A stretch of 64,000 nucleotides of DNA. Source: an uncultured Clostridia bacterium (GTDB lineage Bacteria > Bacillota > Clostridia > TANB77 > CAG-508). Shown here in pieces: positions 21,073-28,111 of this stretch (its first letter is position 1; each line of letters opens with the position of its first letter). The notes under the pieces were generated by a model. It saw only the letters and a list, made by a program, of their open reading frames with translations, was not told where the DNA came from and ran no database searches. A program made the position numbers and the translations under genes. The stretch lies in contig CAKPMJ010000002.1 of the NCBI GenBank assembly GCA_934167965.1, forward strand, positions 90,907 to 154,906, given 5' to 3'.

Positions 21073-21793
21073 ATTCTAATGTTTCTAATACCTCATTTTT
21101 ACCTTCTAATCCTTCTAAATTATAATAAGTATTTGGTATTTCCCCTACAATTACATTTTCTGCTAACAGTACCTGATTATAAATTCTATCTTCTATTGTA
21201 GAAAAAGGTGTTAATATATTAACCTTACATTCGATATTTAAATACACTCTATGTAATGTATGATTTATGCTTTGTTCTATAAATTCACTTTTTAAGTCTG
21301 TATCTACACTTCCTACTGTTGCAATTTTTAAGTTTACTTTTGGTCCTGAACCTGCAAGCATTTTTATACCTGTTGCACTTCCTAGTGATATTTTTATATT
21401 TTCATCTGCTGTGTCATTTAATCTCTTTTGTATATTTAAAGCAATATCTGATGTTATTTCATTTATTGTTAAAATATTTGCACTAACCATTTGTATTTTA
21501 TCATTTTCATCTTTTTGTATTGTAAAAAATTGATCATAACTATATCTTTTCATTACCACGGTTGACTCTTCATTAGTTATATGTGTAGCTATTGATTTTG
21601 CCTCATCTTTGCATATTGTTTCAAATATTGGATCAATAGACCTCCATATTAAATAACATGTACAAAAAGCTACTATTACTACGCCACACAGTGGAGTTAT
21701 TTTTTTAATTTTTTGCTTAAATCTACTATTCCCTTTTGGACTTAAACAAAATCTTTTTCTAGAATAGATCTTATAGTTTTTAGGATCAGACAT
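21071..21793 (-). CDS. Sporulation protein YunB-like
   Basis: 240 aa, N-terminal TM; resemblance to the YunB family; 8-nt overlap with the upstream LysM gene. Confidence 0.5.
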   Translation of the reverse strand: MSDPKNYKIYSRKRFCLSPKGNSRFKQKIKKITPLCGVVIVAFCTCYLIWRSIDPIFETICKDEAKSIATHITNEESTVVMKRYSYDQFFTIQKDENDKIQMVSANILTINEITSDIALNIQKRLNDTADENIKISLGSATGIKMLAGSGPKVNLKIATVGSVDTDLKSEFIEQSINHTLHRVYLNIECKVNILTPFSTIEDRIYNQVLLAENVIVGEIPNTYYNLEGLEGKNEVLETLE

Positions 21794-23348
21794 TTACAGT
21801 TTCTTTCCTATTAGTATAACTAAATTTTGGAATATATAATTTATTTCCACTATATATTACATCTGGATTTTCTATACCATTCATTCTTACTATTTCATCA
21901 ACTGTAGTTCTAAATCTCTTAGCTATTTTCCACAATGTATCACCTGGTTGAATAATATATAAAATCAAACTATCGTATTCCATATTTACATCTCTGTTTT
22001 CTTGTATTTCTATATTGTCAATAATTGATATACTTGTATTTCTGTTTAAGCTCATATCAAATCCCATATCAATATTGCATTCTATTTCTCCATTACTCTT
22101 TACATCAAATTTTTGGTTGTTTATCATTACTTTTGTATCTACATTTATTTGGTCATTTGATATTGGATTTTCAACTGCAAATTCAAATGGTATTTTTGAT
22201 ATTTTACTATTTACGCTGTTGCTTTCTTGCATAAAGATAAAGTTTAATACCAATTCACCTTCATAAGTTATTTTTGATGTTGTTATTTTTTCATTATTTA
22301 TCAAAGGTCTTACTTCTACATCTAAAAGATTTCCTTCTTTAATCTCTGGTATGTTTGCTTTACTTGTTACTGTAAATTCTTTGCTTTTTGATGTTCTATC
22401 TGTTAATGTTGTTATTTTCCTTTGATTAAATCCTAATTCCATTGTTGGGCTATATAAATCTTGTATTATATTTATTTCTTTTTTCTGGAATGCCATACAT
22501 GTTACTTCCAATTCTACTTCTACATATATTGAATGCTCTTCTACTGAATTTGGTCTTATTTGCATATTTTTTATTTCATAATTCACATTACAATTATCAT
22601 CTTCTGATACATCTGGCATATCTACAAATCCTACTGCTGGTATTCTTCCCGTTACAGTATTTATTCTATTATCTTCTGTTAGATACATTATTTTTATATC
22701 AACTTCTGATTTTGTTAAAACTTTATTGTAACTAATTTTTGTATCACTTTCTACTAGGTTTATATCTGTTTTTAATATTTCTGCTAATTCGTCTTGACTA
22801 TCTATGTTGAATGTCTCTTTTGCATATATTTTTGTGTCACCACTTCCAACTAATGAATTTATTGTAAAATTTTTGTCTAGTGTTTGTATATTTTCTACAT
22901 TGTTAATTTGATTTATTATTGCAACATCTTCATTTGAATATAATTTTATATTTACTTCTAAACCAACTTTTATATTTATCTTTCTTCCATTTAATACCTT
23001 ACATTCCATGTCTTTAATTGTGACACATGTTATTGCTCTCATTCCTTCTCTACATCCTGGTACTGCAATAGCTTGTGAGAAACTTAAATTTGCTGTTAAG
23101 CCTCTTAGATTGTCTTCTTTACTGTCAGGAAGATACATTATATATGTATTTATATCTCCATCTATTTTTACCTTGTCTTCCATAACTTCTTTTTTGTATA
23201 TACATACATTTCCATTAAGATTTATAGTATTTAAGATGTCCGGTTTTGAATCAGGAACAATCATATCCTCTTCTACAAATACTAGTTCTTTCTTTTCACA
23301 TACCAACTTATTTATACATAAGTTATCTCTGCTTACTTCTACCTCCAT
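21786..23348 (-). CDS. SipL/SpoVID-like spore morphogenetic protein (DUF3794 repeats plus C-terminal LysM)
   Basis: C-terminal LysM (YIIQPGDTLWKIAKRFRTTVDEIVRMNGIENPDVIYSGNKLYIP); ~520 aa, like Clostridial SipL. Confidence 0.5.
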   Translation of the reverse strand: MEVEVSRDNLCINKLVCEKKELVFVEEDMIVPDSKPDILNTINLNGNVCIYKKEVMEDKVKIDGDINTYIMYLPDSKEDNLRGLTANLSFSQAIAVPGCREGMRAITCVTIKDMECKVLNGRKINIKVGLEVNIKLYSNEDVAIINQINNVENIQTLDKNFTINSLVGSGDTKIYAKETFNIDSQDELAEILKTDINLVESDTKISYNKVLTKSEVDIKIMYLTEDNRINTVTGRIPAVGFVDMPDVSEDDNCNVNYEIKNMQIRPNSVEEHSIYVEVELEVTCMAFQKKEINIIQDLYSPTMELGFNQRKITTLTDRTSKSKEFTVTSKANIPEIKEGNLLDVEVRPLINNEKITTSKITYEGELVLNFIFMQESNSVNSKISKIPFEFAVENPISNDQINVDTKVMINNQKFDVKSNGEIECNIDMGFDMSLNRNTSISIIDNIEIQENRDVNMEYDSLILYIIQPGDTLWKIAKRFRTTVDEIVRMNGIENPDVIYSGNKLYIPKFSYTNRKETVNV

Positions 23349-23464
23349 ATTTACCTCCTACATTTTTGTTTATACAAATATATGTGAAAAAGATTTTTTT
23401 AGTACAAAAAAACAAAATTAATTATGATTTTTACATAATTAATTTTGTTTAATTTCAATTTATT

Positions 23465-23932
23465 TTAGTAGTTATTTTGTACAGAGCCTTTGCAATTGCA
23501 TATATGTTGTATTGTATTACATACATCTTGTTGTCCTAATTTTTTATCATTTTGAGCTAAATTTCCCATTGTTAATATTCCTACCATTTTATTGTTTTCA
23601 TCTAATACGGGTACTCTTCTTACTTGAAAACTAGCCATTGTGCTTTGAGCATCACACATATCTTCTTCACATCCACATGTACATACATTTTTTGTCATTA
23701 TATCACTTACTGGTGTATTTTTAGAGTCTTTATTACATGCAACAGTACGTAGTACTATGTCTCTATCTGTTAATATTCCCACTACTTTTTTATCTTCATC
23801 ACATACTGGTATACATCCTATATGATTTTCACACATTATTCTTGCTGCATCATATACTTTGCAATCAGGCTTTACAAAACATACATCATGACACATACAT
23901 TCTTTTACTTTCATTTTTGATTCCCCTTTCAT
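23465..23932 (-). CDS. CBS-pair domain protein, unusually cysteine-rich (>=14 Cys)
   Basis: Two CBS motifs (GCIPVCDEDKKVVGILTDRDIV; RRVPVLDENNKMVGILTMGNL) with CxC/CxxC clusters. Confidence 0.7.
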   Translation of the reverse strand: MKGESKMKVKECMCHDVCFVKPDCKVYDAARIMCENHIGCIPVCDEDKKVVGILTDRDIVLRTVACNKDSKNTPVSDIMTKNVCTCGCEEDMCDAQSTMASFQVRRVPVLDENNKMVGILTMGNLAQNDKKLGQQDVCNTIQHICNCKGSVQNNY

Positions 23933-24052
23933 TTTTTATATATTTTTATTTTTTACATTTATTTTTTATATATTCATTTTTTATTTTGTAAAAAATTTAC
24001 TTTTTAAAGATAAAAAAAAGAAATTAGAATTTTATCTAACTTCTTAAAAATC

Positions 24053-24265
24053 TTATGCAAGACCATATTTCTTTTTAAATTTATCAGCTCTACTTCCTGC
24101 TGTATCTTGTCTCATTAAGTTTCCTGTCCAGAATGGATGACATTTTGAACATATATCAACTTTTATATCTTTTTTTGTTGAACCAACTTTCATTACATTT
24201 CCACAAGCACATGTAATTGTTGTTTCTTCATATGCTGGATGTATTCCTTCTTTCATGTAATTCAC
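24053..24265 (-). CDS. rpmE: 50S ribosomal protein L31 (start most likely at MKEGIHP)
   Basis: GIHPAYEETTITCACGN...CSKCHPFWTG matches the L31 zinc-ribbon family. Confidence 0.9.
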   Translation of the reverse strand: MNYMKEGIHPAYEETTITCACGNVMKVGSTKKDIKVDICSKCHPFWTGNLMRQDTAGSRADKFKKKYGLA

Positions 24266-24334
24266 CTCTTTCTACCTACTGTTTTTTAGACTGTTATTTT
24301 CTATGTTACCATATTTTATGAATTTTTTCAAGTA

Positions 24335-24508
24335 TTATTTTATTACGTTTTCTTCTTTTTCATACTTGTATTCTTCATACATGTATTGAGCAGAAGATCT
24401 TAGTTCTTTATTAAGAGACACTTTATTAACAAGTTTAATACATACATTGAATAAACATGCTAATATTAATATTACTAAACATACTTTTTTCCATATTTTA
24501 GCTAACAT
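24335..24508 (-). CDS. Small membrane protein (57 aa), not in the ORF track
   Basis: RBS AAGGAG 9 nt upstream; MLAKIWKKVCLVILILACLFNVCIKLV... has one TM plus an acidic/Tyr-rich tail. Confidence 0.35.
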   Translation of the reverse strand: MLAKIWKKVCLVILILACLFNVCIKLVNKVSLNKELRSSAQYMYEEYKYEKEENVIK

Positions 24509-24734
24509 ATAACTTCTCCTTTTTTTTACTACATATTACATTATACTATTTTTTTCAAATTTGTCAAGTGTTTAGCAAGTTTTGATAGCATAAATTTTCA
24601 GTAGGATTTCTCTTTTATAAAATTGTGAAACTATTTCTGCTGTTGAAATTCGAATTTCTAATTTAATTTTATATTTTTATCTTAATTTTTCTGTATTTTT
24701 AGAGTTCACTTAATAAACCTTTTTTAGACTATTT

Positions 24735-25601
24735 TCAAAATATCATATTTCCCTTATCTCTTATCTTCATTCTGTATTCATTTATTTTATATCCACAAAA
24801 ATTTACTCCTTGTTTTCCTTTAAATATTTGTGTTTTTTTATTTAATTCTAACTGTAATTTTTCTTTTAAAAATTTTGTTATTTGCTCTAGTGCATTTTTT
24901 GCCTCCTGTTTTGTTTCTACAATTAATACACTGTCATCTAAATACCTCGCATAATATTTTATATGTAATTTATGTTTTACAAATTGGTCTATTTCATTTA
25001 AATAAATATTTCCAAACATTTGAGATGTATAATTTCCTATTTCTAATCCTTTTTTTCTGGACTGTGAATATAATATTTCTTTTATAAGCCATATTATTTT
25101 TTTGTCTTTTATTTTTCTTTCTATTATTTCTAATAATATTTTTTTATTTATATTATCGAAATATTTGGCTACATCCATTTTTAATATATAATAATTTTTC
25201 CATTTATTTTTTGCTTTTTTCATACATGATTGTACATACAATGCTGCTCTATGCATTCCCCTTCCTTTTAAACAAGCATAAGAATTACTTATAAACGTTG
25301 GTACAAATGCTGGTTCTAAAAAGTTATCTACTAACCATCTATGTACTATTCTGTCTATATACCTAGATTTTTCTATTTTTCTTATTTTAGGTTCTGTTAC
25401 ATAAAATACTGTATATCCTCCATGTTTATATGTCATATCTTTTAATTTTTTATATAAATACATTATATATTCTTCTTGTTTTAAATAAAAATTTATATTT
25501 TCTATTCTATATCCTTTTCCCTTTTTAGATTTTATGTGTGCATCCATTAATTTTTCATAACTTAATTTTTTGTCATATTCATTTCTTATTGTCTTTGGCA
25601 T
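24735..25601 (-). CDS. Diversity-generating retroelement (DGR) reverse transcriptase
   Basis: RVT_1 domain with YARYLDD (YxDD) and the DGR-specific motif-4 variant LEIGNYTSQMFGNIYLNEID (IGxxxSQ instead of QGxxxSP). No maturase or endonuclease domain; N-terminus ...EPKIRKI...DRIVHRWL is typical of bRT-like RTs. Confidence 0.8.
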   Translation of the reverse strand: MPKTIRNEYDKKLSYEKLMDAHIKSKKGKGYRIENINFYLKQEEYIMYLYKKLKDMTYKHGGYTVFYVTEPKIRKIEKSRYIDRIVHRWLVDNFLEPAFVPTFISNSYACLKGRGMHRAALYVQSCMKKAKNKWKNYYILKMDVAKYFDNINKKILLEIIERKIKDKKIIWLIKEILYSQSRKKGLEIGNYTSQMFGNIYLNEIDQFVKHKLHIKYYARYLDDSVLIVETKQEAKNALEQITKFLKEKLQLELNKKTQIFKGKQGVNFCGYKINEYRMKIRDKGNMIF

Positions 25602-25962
25602 AATATTTTAATAATCCCCCTATTATTTTTCCTATTTCATATATCTGTTCTATTGCAATATTAAATTTTTTATTATCTATCCATCTGTTTTTATACATTA
25701 TTCTTAAAAATATTCGTTGAGTATTAAGCTCTGCATCTATTGCATTTATTATATTTAGACAATCTTTTGTTTCTTGTATTTTGCTTATATATAATACATC
25801 TTTTATCATTTTGTACATACTTGTTTTATATTCTGTCCCTATACTGAACTTTTCTATTCTTGGTATTTTTATTATTAAATTAATCATATATTCTACGTAT
25901 TTTTCTGTTTTAGGTATTAATATTAATTTATTTTCTTTTTCCTTATTCAATCTATTCACCAA
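25579..25962 (-). CDS. Avd-like accessory variability determinant (four-helix-bundle protein, PF05635-like)
   Basis: 127-aa basic helical protein overlapping the RT start by 23 nt. It resembles the four-helix-bundle/23S-IVS protein family (…AELNTQ…EIGKIIGGLLKYY). Confidence 0.65.
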   Translation of the reverse strand: MVNRLNKEKENKLILIPKTEKYVEYMINLIIKIPRIEKFSIGTEYKTSMYKMIKDVLYISKIQETKDCLNIINAIDAELNTQRIFLRIMYKNRWIDNKKFNIAIEQIYEIGKIIGGLLKYYAKDNKK

Positions 25963-26161
25963 CTTCTATCTCTAAATATCTTTCTAATGCAATTTCATAA
26001 TTCGTTTTTTCTTTGTGAATATTTTTAAGACATTCACTACATTTTTTATTTAATAATACCGCATCTTCTCCTATTGCAATATAAAATGCACCACATGATA
26101 CTAATATTATTTCATTTATATATATTTCTTTTAGTTTTAATATCATTTCATAAAAATTCAT
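25952..26161 (-). CDS. Small hypothetical ORF (69 aa) between the DGR target and avd
   Basis: ORF only; overlaps the avd start; function unknown. Confidence 0.3.
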   Translation of the reverse strand: MNFYEMILKLKEIYINEIILVSCGAFYIAIGEDAVLLNKKCSECLKNIHKEKTNYEIALERYLEIEVGE

Positions 26162-26288
26162 CTTTTATCATTCCTTTCTTTCTAAAAAAGGTGATATGCT
26201 ATTTTTTTGAACAAAAAAATAGCACACCACGCTAGTGGTGCACCACGCTAATTGCATTCGCTAATTATTATTAGCTTCTAATTTCCTA

Positions 26289-26373
26289 TATTTTCATAGC
26301 AATAGCCTTTTCTAGGTTATCGCTTTTAGAGTTCAGACCTACTTTATATAAAGTGTGAGGCGAGTAGAATAGT
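26289..26373 (-). repeat. Conserved post-VR element (IMH-like GC-rich block CTCGCCTCACAC, stop codon, 3' UTR), copy 1. The other copy, with one mismatch, is at 55861..55945.
   Basis: Direct comparison of the two loci. Confidence 0.7.
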
Positions 26374-27589
26374 TGGTGCTAGTATAGAGTGGACCGTCGT
26401 CGCTGCGAAGGCTAGGTGAATTGCTAATGCCGTGAAAACCACCACTGTAAGTACGACTGTAAGTGCTGTACGCCTCTAATGTCCACTCTAAACTATTTCC
26501 CAATAAATCATATATATTATTTAACTTATCTGTTGATACTGTTCCTGTTTTTCGCGTTGTATTTCTACTTGTTTTTACTCCTTCTAAATTTTTTGGAGTA
26601 GTTGATGTTACATCTATTCCATTTCCTTGCATCCACATCATCATTTGATCATATTGACTTCCCCATATCATACTACTTCCTACTACATTTGTTAATTTAT
26701 TTTTTCCACTATATTCTTTATCTTTTTGATATAATCCATACCATGTATTTGCACTACTAGTTTGCGCTGTTGCTGAAGTTGCTCCTGATACTGATTGGGC
26801 ATTTTTGGATGTTTCATTTAAACTAGTTTCATATCTTCCTACATAAAATCCTTTATTTTTTCCTACATATTTTATCATCTCATCAAATTCATTTTGTAAT
26901 TGTGTTTTCCACTTAGTTAGTATTTCTTCATCTGTTCCATTTAATCCTACTATATTTTTTAATAATCCAATTCCTTTTGTATCATCTCCTGTTACAGCAT
27001 CTCCAATTGTTGGATTTGATAAATAATCTGGTTCTCTCCTTCCTGTCACACTTGTCAATGCCATTATTCCTGATGTTTCTGTCCAGTTTAATGCTGTATA
27101 TCCACCTGAAGTAAAATCATAAAGTTTTCCTAGTTTCTTTCCTTCTGCATTTGTACCATACATTTTACTTACATCTTTTACTGGTACCCATACAAATTCA
27201 CTATTATCTGGGGCTACTACTACTATTCCTTTTTTTACTTCTGTTGGTGAATCTTCTTTTATTTTAAATCCTACTGGCACTACTATAGTTTCTCCATTAT
27301 CATCTTGTAATTTTGCTTTTCTTCCTTCTATAATTTTATTTTTATTGTCTTTTACCTTTCCTAAATTTCCTGTACTTTCCTCCATTAAGATTTCTAGATC
27401 TGTTAAGTCTTCTGTTTCATTTGCTTGTGCTTGCTCTGTTTTTGTTTTAGCCTCTGCTGCCTTTTTTAATATTCCATTCTCTCCTGATAGCATTGCTATT
27501 GCTACTCCTGCTAATATCAATAACACTATTATTGTTATTACTAGTGCTATTAATGTTATACCTTTGCTGGTATTTAATCTTTTTGTCAT
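26339..27589 (-). CDS. DGR target protein 1: pilin-like N-terminal signal/anchor plus C-terminal FGE-sulfatase/CLec-fold domain carrying a variable region
   Basis: N-terminus KGITLIALVITIIVLLILAGVAIAMLSGENGIL (type IV pilin/pseudopilin-like class III signal). C-terminus FYVGRYETS...NTWYGLYQ...SSMIWGSQYDQMMMW...NIYDLLGNSLEWTLE...RGG (FGE-sulfatase/CLec motifs). Its 3' end is a VR relative to the paralog at 55911..57149. Confidence 0.8.
   Translation of the reverse strand: MTKRLNTSKGITLIALVITIIVLLILAGVAIAMLSGENGILKKAAEAKTKTEQAQANETEDLTDLEILMEESTGNLGKVKDNKNKIIEGRKAKLQDDNGETIVVPVGFKIKEDSPTEVKKGIVVVAPDNSEFVWVPVKDVSKMYGTNAEGKKLGKLYDFTSGGYTALNWTETSGIMALTSVTGRREPDYLSNPTIGDAVTGDDTKGIGLLKNIVGLNGTDEEILTKWKTQLQNEFDEMIKYVGKNKGFYVGRYETSLNETSKNAQSVSGATSATAQTSSANTWYGLYQKDKEYSGKNKLTNVVGSSMIWGSQYDQMMMWMQGNGIDVTSTTPKNLEGVKTSRNTTRKTGTVSTDKLNNIYDLLGNSLEWTLEAYSTYSRTYSGGFHGISNSPSLRSDDGPLYTSTNYSTRLTLYIK
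26374..26510 (-). other. DGR variable region VR1 at the 3' end of target 1
   Basis: Locally GC-richer segment. It aligns gap-free with 55946..56080 and differs at 32 of 98 core positions, while both flanks are identical. Confidence 0.75.
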
Positions 27590-28111
27590 ATCGTTAATCT
27601 CCTTTCATTTTTTTCTAAAGTTTTGTAATTTTTTTAATTTTATTTTTATGTTTTTATTTTATTTAATAATAAAATTTTGTATTTTTTTATTCAAAATAAA
27701 TAATAGTTTATTGAACTATTCAGCAAAGATATTTAATTTTCAATGTGCTATTATTCATTTTTTCCTAAAAATTTACACGTTTATTATAGCATAGGGATTT
27801 TTATTTTTCAACCATTTTTAACAATTTATTTTTGCCTTACAAACTACATTTTACTTTTACTATTTACCAAATTTATTTTTATTTGCCATCTTTTTATTTT
27901 CTGATTTTACTCTCCGTACATATCTTTTCCACTCACATTATAATTGGTCATTTCTGTCGCTAAATTTTTTTCTGCTATTGTTAATGTTGGTAAAAAATCT
28001 GCAAGTGATCTATTTTCTTTTATTCCATATCTTGTCATCAACATATAAGTCTTCGATTTCTCTTTTGGCTCCCTTAGCTAAATTTATCTTTTATATCCAA
28101 GTTGCTCTTGA

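Noticed and set aside
24735-25601. RT as a retron or group II intron RT
   Set aside because: No maturase/X domain, no flanking intron RNA domains V/VI, and motif 4 is IGxxxSQ rather than QGxxxSP. The Avd neighbour and VR-bearing targets fit a DGR far better.
25952-26339. Region between the DGR target and avd as the location of the TR
   Set aside because: Contains an unrelated small ORF and the palindrome CACCACGCTAGTGGTG, but nothing alignable to the VR. Likewise 24265-24735 and 27590-28110.
27900-28110. Possible coding remnant downstream of the acyl-CoA synthetase (translation ...MLMTRYGIKENRSLADFLPTLTIAEKNLATEMTNYNVSGKDMYGE*)
   Set aside because: Only ~55 codons, no start context, no recognisable family. 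Could be a decayed gene fragment, but the evidence is too weak to call.
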